Made by a program: the position numbers and the translations under genes
Assembly: GCF_009914755.1 (NCBI RefSeq)
Contig: NC_060948.1
Direction: 5' to 3' (one strand)
Length of the DNA stretch: 64,000 bases
DNA from: the human T2T-CHM13v2.0 reference genome, Homo sapiens
Notes under the pieces: generated by a model
The model's database searches: none
Told to the model about the DNA's origin: nothing
What the model saw: only the letters and a program-made list of their open reading frames with translations
In this document: positions 40,231 to 55,200 of the stretch, one piece after another
Numbering within the stretch: the stretch's first letter is position 1
Layout: each line of letters opens with the position of its first letter

Positions 40231-43200
40231 CGAAAGGAATGGAGTCGAACCAAATTGAATCAAATGGATTGGAGTCGAACAGAATGGAATGGAATGGAAT
40301 GAACGCGACTGGAGTAGAGAGGAATGAAAAGGAATAGAATGGAATGTAATCAAATGGATTGCAAGTGAATGGAATCAAAAATAATAGAAAGGAATGGACT
40401 GTAAAGGGATGATATTGAATTAAATGGAATGGAATGGAATTTAATGGAATGGAGTCGAAGGAATGGACAGGAATGTAATGGACTCCAATGGAATAGAATG
40501 GATCAAAATGGATTTGAACAGATTGGAATCGAACGGAATGGAATGCAATGAAATGGAATGGACTCGATCAGAATGGACTGGAGAGTAATGTACACAAATG
40601 GAATGGAAACGAATGGAATGGAATGAAGTGGAATGGAATGCAATGGAATTGAAAGGAACGGAATCAAATGGAATGGAATGGAATGGAATGGAATGGATTG
40701 GAATAGAATGGATTCAAATAAAATAGAATCGATTGCAATGGTATTGAATGGAAGGGACTTGAATGGAATGGAAAGCAATGGAAGATATTGGAATTGAATG
40801 GCATCGAATGAAATGGAATGGAACAGAATGGAACGGACCCGAATGGAATGGAATGGACTCAAATGTAATGGACTCGAATGGAATCGAATGAAATATAATA
40901 GACTCGAAAGGAATGGCCTCGATTGGAATTTATTTGAATAGAATGGAATCAAATGGAATACAATAGTATGGAATGGAATCGAATGGAATGGAATCGAATG
41001 GAATGTAATCAAATGGAATGGAACGGAATTCAATATAATGGAGTAGAATGGAATGCATTGGAAAGGAGCAGAGTGGAATCGAGTGGATTGGAATCGAGTG
41101 GAATGGAATCAAAGGGAATGAAATCGAATTGAATGGACTTGAATGGAATTGAGTCGAAAGGAATTGACTCGAAAGGAATGGACTGGAACAAAAAGGAATC
41201 AAATGGACAGGAATGGAATGGAATGGACTCGAATGGAATGGAGTCAAATGCAAACGCATCGAATGGAATGGATTCAAATGGAATGCAATTGAATGGAATA
41301 GAAAGGAAGAGAATGGAATTGAGAGTAATGGAAAGATATCGATTGGAATGAAATGGAATGGAAAGGAATTGAATGGAAAGGAATGGACTCGAAAGAAATG
41401 GATTGGAATGGAATGGTCTCCAATGGAATGGACTGGAGTGGAATGGAATCGAATGGAAAGAAAAGAATGGAACGGAATGGAACGGAAAGGAATAGAATGT
41501 TATGGAATCCGATTGGAGAGAATGGAATGGAATGCAGTTTCATGAAATGGAGTCGAATAGAGTGGCATCAAAAGGAATGGAATGGAGTGGACTCAAAAGG
41601 AATAGACTCGAAAGGAATGGAGTCGAACAAAATTGAATCAAAAGGATTGGAGTCGAACAGAATGGAATGGAATGGAATGAACTCGACTGGAGTAGAGAGG
41701 AATGAAAAGGAATAGAATGGAATGTAATCAAATGGATTGCAAGTGAATGGAATCAAAAATAATAGAAAGGAATGGAGTGTAAAGGGATGATATTGAATTA
41801 AATGGAATGGAATGGAATTTAATGGAATGGAGTCGAAGGAATGGACAGGAATGTAATGGACTCCAATGGAATAGAATGGATCAAAATGGATTTGAACAGA
41901 TTGGAATCGAACGGAATGGAATGCAATGAAATGGAATGGACTCGATCAGAACGGACTGGAGAGGAATGTACACAAATGGAATGGAAACGAAAGGAATGGA
42001 ATGAAAGGGAATAGAATGCAATGTAATTGAAAGGAACGGAATCAAATGGAATGGAATGGAATGGAATGGATTGGAATAGAATGGATTCAAATAAATAGAA
42101 TCGATTGCAATGGTATTGAATGGAAGGGACTTGAATGGAATGGAAAGCAATGGAAGATATTGGAATCGAATGGCATCAAATGAAATGGAATGGAACGGAA
42201 TGGAACGGACCCGAATGGAATGGAATGGACTCAAATGTAATGGACTCGAATGGAATCAACTGAAATATAATAGACTCGAAAGGAATGGCCTCGAGCGGAA
42301 TTTATTTGAATAGAATGGAATCAAATGGAATACAATAGTATGGAATGGAATCAAATGGAATGGAATCGAATGGAATGTAATCAAATGGAATGGAACGGAA
42401 TTCAATATAATGGAGTAGAATGGAATGCATTGGAAAGGAGCAGAGTGGAATCGAGTGGATTGGAATCGAGTGGAATGGAATCAAAGGGAACGAAATCGAA
42501 TTGAATGGACTTGAATGGAATTGAGTCGAAAGGAATTGACTCGAAAGGAATGGACTGGAACAAAAAGGAATCAAATGGACAGGAATGGAATGGAATGGAC
42601 TCGAATGGAATGTAGTCAAATGCAAACGCATCGAATGGAATGGATTCAAATGGAATGCAATTGAATGGAATAGAAAGGAAGAGAATGGAATTGAGAGTAA
42701 TGGAAAGATATCGATTGGAATGAAATGGAATGGAAAGGAATTGAATGGAAAGGAATGGACTCGAAAGAAATGGGTTGGAATGGAATGGTCTCCAATGGAA
42801 TGGACTGGAGTGGAATGGAATCGAATGGAATGAAAAGAATGGAACGGAATGGAACGGAAAGGAATAGAATGTTATGGAATCCGATTGGACAGAATGGAAT
42901 GGAATGCAGTTTCATGAAATGGAGTCAAATAGGGTGGCATCAAAAGGAATGGAATGGAGTGGACTCAAGAGGAATGGACTCGAAAGGAATGGAGTCGAAC
43001 CAAATTGAATCAAATGGATTGGAGTCGAACAGAATGGAATGGAATGGAATGAACTCGACTGGAGTAGAGAGGAATGAAAAGGAATAGAATGGAATGTAAT
43101 CAAATGGATTGCAAGTGAATGGAATCAAAAATAATAGAAAGGAATGGAGTGTAAAGGGATGATATTGAATTAAATGGAATGGAATGGAATTTAATGGAAT

Positions 43201-46200
43201 GGAGTCGAAGGAATGGACAGGAATGTAATGGACTCCAATGGAATGGAATGGATGAAAATGGATTAGAACAGATTGGAATAGAACGGAATGGAATGCCATG
43301 AAATGGAATGGACTCGATCAGAATGGACTGGAGAGGAATGTACACAAATGGAATGGAAACGTATGGAATGCAATGAAATGGAATGGAATGCAATGGAATT
43401 GAAAGGAACGGAATCAAATGGAATGGAATGGAATGGCATGGAATGGAATGGATTGGAATAGAATGGATTCAAATAAAATAGAATCGATTGCAATGGTATT
43501 GAATGGAAGGGACTTGAATGGAATGGAAAGCAATGGAAGATATTGGAATCGAATGGCATCGCATGAAATGGAATGGAACGGAATGGAACGGACCCGAATG
43601 GAATGGAATGGACTCAAATGTAATGGACTCGAATGGAATCGACTGAAATATAATAGACTCGAAAAGAATGGCCTCGAGCGGAATTTATTTGAATATAATA
43701 GAATGAAATGGAATACAATAGTATGGAATGGAATCGAATGGAATGGAATCGAATGGAATGTAATCAAATGGAATGGAACGGAATTCAATATAATGGAGTA
43801 GAATGGAATGCATTGGAAAGGAGCAGAGTGGAATCGAGTGTATTGGAATCGAGTGGAATGGAATCAAAGGGAACAAAATCAAATTGAATGGACTTGAATG
43901 GAATTGAGTCGAAAGGAATTGACTCGAAAGGAATGGACTGGAACAAAAAGGAATCAAATGGACAGGAATGGAATGGAATGGACTCGAACGGAATGGAGTC
44001 AAATGCAAACGCATCGAATGGAATGGATTCAAATGGAATGCAATTGAATGGAATAGAAAGGAAGAGAATGGAATTGAGAGTAATGGAAAGATATCGATTG
44101 GAATGAAATGGAATGGAAAGGAATTGAATGGAAAGGAATGGACTCGAAAGAAATGGGTTGGAATGGAATGGTCTCCAATGGAATGGACTGGAGTGGAATG
44201 GAATCGAATGGAATGAAAAGAATGGAACGGAATGGAACGGAAAGGAATAGAATGTTATGGAATCCGATTGGACAGAATGGAATGGAATGCAGTTTCATGA
44301 AATGGAGTCAAATAGAGTGGCAACAAAAGGAATGGAATGGAGTGGACTCAAGAGGAATGGACTCGGAAGGATTGGAGTCGAACCAAATTGAATCAAATGG
44401 ATTGGAGTCGAACAGAATGGAATGGAATGGAATGAACTCGACTGGAGTAGAGAGGAATGAAAAGGAATAGAATGGAATGTAATCAAATGGATTACAAGTG
44501 AATGGAATCAAAAATAATAGAAAGGAATGGAGTGTAAAGGGATGATATTGAATTAAATGGAATGGAATGGAATTTAATGGAATGGAGTCGAAGGAATGGA
44601 CAGGAATGTAATGGACTCCAATGGAATGGAATGGATGAAAATGGATTAGAACAGATTGGAATAGAACGGAATGGAATGCCATGAAATGGAATGGACTCGA
44701 TCAGAACGGACTGGAGAGGAATGTACACAAATGGAATGGAAACGAATGGAATGCAATGAAATGGAATGCAATGCAATGGAATTGAAAGGAACGGAATCAA
44801 ATGGAATGGAATGGAATGGAATGGATTGGAATAGAATGGATTCAAATAAAATAGAATCGATTGCAATGGTATTGAATGGAAGGGACTTGAATGGAATGGA
44901 AAGCAATGGAAGATATTGGAATCGAATGGCATTGAATGAAATGGAATGGAACGGAATGGAACGGACCCGAATGGTATGGAATGGACTCAAATGTAATGGA
45001 CTCGAATGGAATCGACTGAAATATAATAGACTCGAAAGGAATGGCCTCGAGCGGAATTTATTTGAATAGAATGGAATCAAATGGAATACAATAGTATAGA
45101 ATGGAATCAAATGGAATGGAATCGAATGGAATGTAATCAAATGGAATGGAACGGAATTCAATATAATGGAGTAGAATGGAATGCATTGGAAAGGAGCAGA
45201 GTGGAATCGAGTGGATTGGAATCGAGTGGAATGGAATCAAAGGGAACGAAATCGAATTGAATGGACTTGAATGGAATTGAGTCGAAAGGAATTGACTTGA
45301 AAGGAATGGACTGGAACAAAAAGGAATCAAATGGACAGGAATGGAATGGAATGGACTCGAATGGAATGGAGTCAAATGCAAACGCATCGAATGGAATGGA
45401 TTCAAATGGAATGCAATTGAATGGAATAGAAAGGAAGAGAATGGAATTGAGAGTAATGGAAAGATATCGATTGGAATGAAATGGAATGGAAAGGAATTGA
45501 ATGGAAAGGAATGGACTCGAAAGAAATGGATTGGAATGGAATGGTCTCCAATGGAATGGACTGGAGTGGAATGCAATCGAATGGAAAGAAAAGAATGGAA
45601 CGGAATGGAATGGAAAGGAATAGAATGTTATGGAATCCGATTGAACAGAATGGAATGGAATGCAGTTTCATGAAATGGAGTCGAATAGTGTGGCATGAAA
45701 AAAAATGGAATGGAGTGGACTCAAAAGGAATGGACTCGAAAGGAATGGAGTCGAACCAAATTGAATCAAATGGATTGGAGTCGAACAGAATGGAATGGAA
45801 TGGAATGAACTCGACTGGAGTAGAGAGGAATGAAAAGGAATAGAATGGAATGTAATCAAATGGATTGCAAGTGAATGGAATCAAAAATAATAGAAAGGAA
45901 TGGAGTGTAAAGGGATGATACTGAATTAAATGGAATAGAATGGAATTTAATGGAATGGAGTCGAAGGAATGGACAGGAATGTAATGGACTCCAATGGAAT
46001 GGAATGGATCAAAATGGATTTGAACTGATTGGAATCGAACGGAATGGAATGCAGTGAAATGGAATGGACTCGATCAGAACGGACTGGAGAGGAATGTACA
46101 CAAATGGAATGGAAACGAATGGAATGGAATGAAATGGAATGGAATGCAATGGAATTGAAAGGAACGGAATCAAATGGAATGGAATGGAATGGAATGGATT

Positions 46201-49200
46201 GGAATAGAATGGATTCAAATAAAATAGAATCGATTGCAATGGTATTGAATGGAAGGGACTTGAATGGAATGGAAAGCAATGGAAGATATTGGAAACGAAT
46301 GGCATCGAATGAAATGGAATGGAACGGAATGGAACGGACCCGAATGGAATGGAATGGACTCAAATGTAATGGACTCGAATGGAATCGACTGAAATATAAT
46401 AGACTCGAAAGGAATGGCCTCGAGCGGAATTTATTTGAATAGAATGGAATCAAATGGAATACAATAGTATAAAATGGAATCGAATGGAATGGAATCGAAT
46501 GGAATGTAATCAAACGGAATGGAACGGAATTCAATATAATGGAGTAGAATGGAATGCATTGGAAAGGAGCAGAGTGGAATCGAGTGGATTGGAATCGAGT
46601 GGAATGGAATCAAAGGGAACGAAATCGAATTGAATGGACTTGAATGGAATTGAGTCGAAAGGAATTGACTCGAAAGGAATGGACTGGAAGAAAAAGGAAT
46701 CAAATGGACAGGAGTGGAATGGAATGGACTCGAACGGAATGGAGTCAAATGGAAACGCATCGAATGGAATGGATTCAAATGGAATGCAATTGAATGGAAT
46801 AGAAAGGAAGAGAATGGAATTGAGAGTAATGGAAAGATATCGATTGGAATGAAATGGAATGGAAAGGAATTGAATGGAAAGGAATGGACTCGAAAGAAAT
46901 GGATTGGAATGCAATGGTCTCCAATGGAATGGACTGGAGTGGAATGGAAACGAATGGAATGAAAAGAATGGAACGGAATGGAACGGAAAGGAATAGAATG
47001 TTATGGAATCCGATTGGACAGAATGGAATGGAATGGAGTTTCATGAAATGGAGTGGAATAGAGTGGCATCAAAAGGAATGGAATGGAGTGGACTCAAAAG
47101 GAATGGACTCGAAAGGAATGGAGTCGAACCAAATTGAATCAAATGGATTGGAGTCGAACAGAATGGAATGGAATGGAATGAACTCGACTGGAGTAGAGAG
47201 GAATGAAAAGGAATAGAATGGAATGTAATCAAATGGATTGCAAATGAATGGAATCAAAAATAATAGAAAGGAATGGAGTGTAAAGGGATGATATTGAATT
47301 AAATGGAATGGAATGGAATTTAATGGAATGGAGTCGAAGGAATGGACAGGAATGTAATGGACTCCTATGGAATAGAATGGATCAAAATGGATTTGAACAG
47401 ATTGGAATCGAACGGAATGGAATGCAATGAAATGGAATGGACTCGATCAGAACGGACTGGAGAGTAATGTACACAAATGGAATGGAAACGAAAGGAATGC
47501 AATGAAAAGGAATGGAATGCAATGGAATTGAAAGGAACGGAATCAAATGGAATGGAATGGAATGGAATGGATTGGAATAGAATGGATTCAAATAAAATAG
47601 AATCGATTGCAATGGTATTGAATGGAAGGGACTTGAATGGAATGGAAAGCAATGGAAGATATTGGAATCGAATGGCATCGAATGAAATGGAATGGAACGG
47701 AATGGAACGGACCCGAATGGTATGGAATGGACTCAAATGTAATGGACTCGAATGGAATCGACTGAAATATAATAGACTCGAAAGGAATGGCCTCGAGCGG
47801 AATTTATTTGAATAGAATGGAATCAAATGGAATACAATAGTATAGAATGGAATCAAATGGAATGGAATCGAATGGAATGTAATCAAATGGAATGGAACGG
47901 AATTCAATATAATGGAGTAGAATGGAATGCATTGGAAAGGAGCAGAGTGGAATCGAGTGGATTGGAATCGAGTGGAATGGAATCAAAGGGAACGAAATCG
48001 AATTGAATGGACTTGAATGGAATTGAGTCGAAAGGAATTGACTCGAAAGGAATGGACTGGAACAAAAAGGAATCAAATGGACAGGAATGGAATGGAATGG
48101 ACTCGAATGGAATGGAGTCAAATGCAAACGCATCGAATGGAATGGATTCAAATGGAATGCAATTGAATGGAATAGAAAGGAAGAGAATGGAATTGAGAGT
48201 AATGGAAAGATATCGATTGGAATGAAATGGAATGGAAAGGAATTGAATGGAAAGGAATGGACTCGAAAGAAATGGGTTGGAATGGAATGGTCTCCAATGG
48301 AATGGACTGGAGTGGAATGGAATCGAATGGAATGAAAAGAATGGAACGGAATGGAACGGAAAGGAATAGAATGTTATGGAATCCGATTGGACAGAATGGA
48401 ATGGAATGCAGTTTCATGAAATGGAGTCAAATAGAGTGGCATCAAAAGGAATGAAATGGAGTGGGCTCAAGAGGAATGGACTCGAAAGGAATGGAGTCGA
48501 ACCAAATTGAATCAAATGGATTGGAGTCGAACAGAATGGAATGGAATGGAATGAACGCGACTGGAGTAGAGAGGAATGAAAAGGAATAGAATGGAATGTA
48601 ATCAAATGGATTGCAAGTGAATGGAATCAAAAATAATAGAAAGGAATGGACTGTAAAGGGATGATATTGAATTAAATGGAATGGAATGGAATTTAATGGA
48701 ATGGAGTCGAAGGAATGGACAGGAATGTAATGGACTCCAATGGAATAGAATGGATCAAAATGGATTTGAACAGATTGGAATCGAACGGAATGGAATGCAA
48801 TGAAATGGAATGGACTCGATCAGAATGGACTGGAGAGTAATGTACACAAATGGAATGGAAACGAATGGAATGGAATGAAGTGGAATGGAATGCAATGGAA
48901 TTGAAAGGAACGGAATCAAATGGAATGGAATGGAATGGAATGGAATGGATTGGAATAGAATGGATTCAAATAAAATAGAATCGATTGCAATGGTATTGAA
49001 TGGAAGGGACTTGAATGGAATGGAAAGCAATGGAAGATATTGGAATTGAATGGCATCGAATGAAATGGAATGGAACAGAATGGAACGGACCCGAATGGAA
49101 TGGAATGGACTCAAATGTAATGGACTCGAATGGAATCGAATGAAATATAATAGACTCGAAAGGAATGGCCTCGATTGGAATTTATTTGAATAGAATGGAA

Positions 49201-52200
49201 TCAAATGGAATACAATAGTATGGAATGGAATCGAATGGAATGGAATCGAATGGAATGTAATCAAATGGAATGGAACGGAATTCAATATAATGGAGTAGAA
49301 TGGAATGCATTGGAAAGGAGCAGAGTGGAATCGAGTGGATTGGAATCGAGTGGAATGGAATCAAAGGGAATGAAATCGAATTGAATGGACTTGAATGGAA
49401 TTGAGTCGAAAGGAATTGACTCGAAAGGAATGGACTGGAACAAAAAGGAATCAAATGGACAGGAATGGAATGGAATGGACTCGAATGGAATGGAGTCAAA
49501 TGCAAACGCATCGAATGGAATGGATTCAAATGGAATGCAATTGAATGGAATAGAAAGGAAGAGAATGGAATTGAGAGTAATGGAAAGATATCGATTGGAA
49601 TGAAATGGAATGGAAAGGAATTGAATGGAAAGGAATGGACTCGAAAGAAATGGATTGGAATGGAATGGTCTCCAATGGAATGGACTGGAGTGGAATGGAA
49701 TCGAATGGAAAGAAAAGAATGGAACGGAATGGAACGGAAAGGAATAGAATGTTATGGAATCCGATTGGAGAGAATGGAATGGAATGCAGTTTCATGAAAT
49801 GGAGTCGAATAGAGTGGCATCAAAAGGAATGGAATGGAGTGGACTCAAAAGGAATAGACTCGAAAGGAATGGAGTCGAACAAAATTGAATCAAAAGGATT
49901 GGAGTCGAACAGAATGGAATGGAATGGAATGAACTCGACTGGAGTAGAGAGGAATGAAAAGGAATAGAATGGAATGTAATCAAATGGATTGCAAGTGAAT
50001 GGAATCAAAAATAATAGAAAGGAATGGAGTGTAAAGGGATGATATTGAATTAAATGGAATGGAATGGAATTTAATGGAATGGAGTCGAAGGAATGGACAG
50101 GAATGTAATGGACTCCAATGGAATAGAATGGATCAAAATGGATTTGAACAGATTGGAATCGAACGGAATGGAATGCAATGAAATGGAATGGACTCGATCA
50201 GAACGGACTGGAGAGGAATGTACACAAATGGAATGGAAACGAAAGGAATGGAATGAAAGGGAATAGAATGCAATGTAATTGAAAGGAACGGAATCAAATG
50301 GAATGGAATGGAATGGAATGGATTGGAATAGAATGGATTCAAATAAATAGAATCGATTGCAATGGTATTGAATGGAAGGGACTTGAATGGAATGGAAAGC
50401 AATGGAAGATATTGGAATCGAATGGCATCAAATGAAATGGAATGGAACGGAATGGAACGGACCCGAATGGAATGGAATGGACTCAAATGTAATGGACTCG
50501 AATGGAATCAACTGAAATATAATAGACTCGAAAGGAATGGCCTCGAGCGGAATTTATTTGAATAGAATGGAATCAAATGGAATACAATAGTATGGAATGG
50601 AATCAAATGGAATGGAATCGAATGGAATGTAATCAAATGGAATGGAACGGAATTCAATATAATGGAGTAGAATGGAATGCATTGGAAAGGAGCAGAGTGG
50701 AATCGAGTGGATTGGAATCGAGTGGAATGGAATCAAAGGGAACGAAATCGAATTGAATGGACTTGAATGGAATTGAGTCGAAAGGAATTGACTCGAAAGG
50801 AATGGACTGGAACAAAAAGGAATCAAATGGACAGGAATGGAATGGAATGGACTCGAATGGAATGTAGTCAAATGCAAACGCATCGAATGGAATGGATTCA
50901 AATGGAATGCAATTGAATGGAATAGAAAGGAAGAGAATGGAATTGAGAGTAATGGAAAGATATCGATTGGAATGAAATGGAATGGAAAGGAATTGAATGG
51001 AAAGGAATGGACTCGAAAGAAATGGGTTGGAATGGAATGGTCTCCAATGGAATGGACTGGAGTGGAATGGAATCGAATGGAATGAAAAGAATGGAACGGA
51101 ATGGAACGGAAAGGAATAGAATGTTATGGAATCCGATTGGACAGAATGGAATGGAATGCAGTTTCATGAAATGGAGTCAAATAGGGTGGCATCAAAAGGA
51201 ATGGAATGGAGTGGACTCAAGAGGAATGGACTCGAAAGGAATGGAGTCGAACCAAATTGAATCAAATGGATTGGAGTCGAACAGAATGGAATGGAATGGA
51301 ATGAACTCGACTGGAGTAGAGAGGAATGAAAAGGAATAGAATGGAATGTAATCAAATGGATTGCAAGTGAATGGAATCAAAAATAATAGAAAGGAATGGA
51401 GTGTAAAGGGATGATATTGAATTAAATGGAATGGAATGGAATTTAATGGAATGGAGTCGAAGGAATGGACAGGAATGTAATGGACTCCAATGGAATGGAA
51501 TGGATGAAAATGGATTAGAACAGATTGGAATAGAACGGAATGGAATGCCATGAAATGGAATGGACTCGATCAGAATGGACTGGAGAGGAATGTACACAAA
51601 TGGAATGGAAACGTATGGAATGCAATGAAATGGAATGGAATGCAATGGAATTGAAAGGAACGGAATCAAATGGAATGGAATGGAATGGAATGGAATGGAA
51701 TGGATTGGAATAGAATGGATTCAAATAAAATAGAATCGATTGCAATGGTATTGAATGGAAGGGACTTGAATGGAATGGAAAGCAATGGAAGATATTGGAA
51801 TCGAATGGCATCGCATGAAATGGAATGGAACGGAATGGAACGGACCCGAATGGAATGGAATGGACTCAAATGTAATGGACTCGAATGGAATCGACTGAAA
51901 TATAATAGACTCGAAAAGAATGGCCTCGAGCGGAATTTATTTGAATATAATAGAATGAAATGGAATACAATAGTATGGAATGGAATCGAATGGAATGGAA
52001 TCGAATGGAATGTAATCAAATGGAATGGAACGGAATTCAATATAATGGAGTAGAATGGAATGCATTGGAAAGGAGCAGAGTGGAATCGAGTGTATTGGAA
52101 TCGAGTGGAATGGAATCAAAGGGAACAAAATCAAATTGAATGGACTTGAATGGAATTGAGTCGAAAGGAATTGACTCGAAAGGAATGGACTGGAACAAAA

Positions 52201-55200
52201 AGGAATCAAATGGACAGGAATGGAATGGAATGGACTCGAACGGAATGGAGTCAAATGCAAACGCATCGAATGGAATGGATTCAAATGGAATGCAATTGAA
52301 TGGAATAGAAAGGAAGAGAATGGAATTGAGAGTAATGGAAAGATATCGATTGGAATGAAATGGAATGGAAAGGAATTGAATGGAAAGGAATGGACTCGAA
52401 AGAAATGGGTTGGAATGGAATGGTCTCCAATGGAATGGACTGGAGTGGAATGGAATCGAATGGAATGAAAAGAATGGAACGGAATGGAACGGAAAGGAAT
52501 AGAATGTTATGGAATCCGATTGGACAGAATGGAATGGAATGCAGTTTCATGAAATGGAGTCAAATAGAGTGGCAACAAAAGGAATGGAATGGAGTGGACT
52601 CAAGAGGAATGGACTCGGAAGGATTGGAGTCGAACCAAATTGAATCAAATGGATTGGAGTCGAACAGAATGGAATGGAATGGAATGAACTCGACTGGAGT
52701 AGAGAGGAATGAAAAGGAATAGAATGGAATGTAATCAAATGGATTACAAGTGAATGGAATCAAAAATAATAGAAAGGAATGGAGTGTAAAGGGATGATAT
52801 TGAATTAAATGGAATGGAATGGAATTTAATGGAATGGAGTCGAAGGAATGGACAGGAATGTAATGGACTCCAATGGAATGGAATGGATGAAAATGGATTA
52901 GAACAGATTGGAATAGAACGGAATGGAATGCCATGAAATGGAATGGACTCGATCAGAACGGACTGGAGAGGAATGTACACAAATGGAATGGAAACGAATG
53001 GAATGCAATGAAATGGAATGCAATGCAATGGAATTGAAAGGAACGGAATCAAATGGAATGGAATGGAATGGAATGGATTGGAATAGAATGGATTCAAATA
53101 AAATAGAATCGATTGCAATGGTATTGAATGGAAGGGACTTGAATGGAATGGAAAGCAATGGAAGATATTGGAATCGAATGGCATTGAATGAAATGGAATG
53201 GAACGGAATGGAACGGACCCGAATGGTATGGAATGGACTCAAATGTAATGGACTCGAATGGAATCGACTGAAATATAATAGACTCGAAAGGAATGGCCTC
53301 GAGCGGAATTTATTTGAATAGAATGGAATCAAATGGAATACAATAGTATAGAATGGAATCAAATGGAATGGAATCGAATGGAATGTAATCAAATGGAATG
53401 GAACGGAATTCAATATAATGGAGTAGAATGGAATGCATTGGAAAGGAGCAGAGTGGAATCGAGTGGATTGGAATCGAGTGGAATGGAATCAAAGGGAACG
53501 AAATCGAATTGAATGGACTTGAATGGAATTGAGTCGAAAGGAATTGACTTGAAAGGAATGGACTGGAACAAAAAGGAATCAAATGGACAGGAATGGAATG
53601 GAATGGACTCGAATGGAATGGAGTCAAATGCAAACGCATCGAATGGAATGGATTCAAATGGAATGCAATTGAATGGAATAGAAAGGAAGAGAATGGAATT
53701 GAGAGTAATGGAAAGATATCGATTGGAATGAAATGGAATGGAAAGGAATTGAATGGAAAGGAATGGACTCGAAAGAAATGGATTGGAATGGAATGGTCTC
53801 CAATGGAATGGACTGGAGTGGAATGCAATCGAATGGAAAGAAAAGAATGGAACGGAATGGAATGGAAAGGAATAGAATGTTATGGAATCCGATTGAACAG
53901 AATGGAATGGAATGCAGTTTCATGAAATGGAGTCGAATAGTGTGGCATGAAAAAAAATGGAATGGAGTGGACTCAAAAGGAATGGACTCGAAAGGAATGG
54001 AGTCGAACCAAATTGAATCAAATGGATTGGAGTCGAACAGAATGGAATGGAATGGAATGAACTCGACTGGAGTAGAGAGGAATGAAAAGGAATAGAATGG
54101 AATGTAATCAAATGGATTGCAAGTGAATGGAATCAAAAATAATAGAAAGGAATGGAGTGTAAAGGGATGATACTGAATTAAATGGAATAGAATGGAATTT
54201 AATGGAATGGAGTCGAAGGAATGGACAGGAATGTAATGGACTCCAATGGAATGGAATGGATCAAAATGGATTTGAACTGATTGGAATCGAACGGAATGGA
54301 ATGCAGTGAAATGGAATGGACTCGATCAGAACGGACTGGAGAGGAATGTACACAAATGGAATGGAAACGAATGGAATGGAATGAAATGGAATGGAATGCA
54401 ATGGAATTGAAAGGAACGGAATCAAATGGAATGGAATGGAATGGAATGGATTGGAATAGAATGGATTCAAATAAAATAGAATCGATTGCAATGGTATTGA
54501 ATGGAAGGGACTTGAATGGAATGGAAAGCAATGGAAGATATTGGAAACGAATGGCATCGAATGAAATGGAATGGAACGGAATGGAACGGACCCGAATGGA
54601 ATGGAATGGACTCAAATGTAATGGACTCGAATGGAATCGACTGAAATATAATAGACTCGAAAGGAATGGCCTCGAGCGGAATTTATTTGAATAGAATGGA
54701 ATCAAATGGAATACAATAGTATAAAATGGAATCGAATGGAATGGAATCGAATGGAATGTAATCAAACGGAATGGAACGGAATTCAATATAATGGAGTAGA
54801 ATGGAATGCATTGGAAAGGAGCAGAGTGGAATCGAGTGGATTGGAATCGAGTGGAATGGAATCAAAGGGAACGAAATCGAATTGAATGGACTTGAATGGA
54901 ATTGAGTCGAAAGGAATTGACTCGAAAGGAATGGACTGGAAGAAAAAGGAATCAAATGGACAGGAGTGGAATGGAATGGACTCGAACGGAATGGAGTCAA
55001 ATGGAAACGCATCGAATGGAATGGATTCAAATGGAATGCAATTGAATGGAATAGAAAGGAAGAGAATGGAATTGAGAGTAATGGAAAGATATCGATTGGA
55101 ATGAAATGGAATGGAAAGGAATTGAATGGAAAGGAATGGACTCGAAAGAAATGGATTGGAATGCAATGGTCTCCAATGGAATGGACTGGAGTGGAATGGA

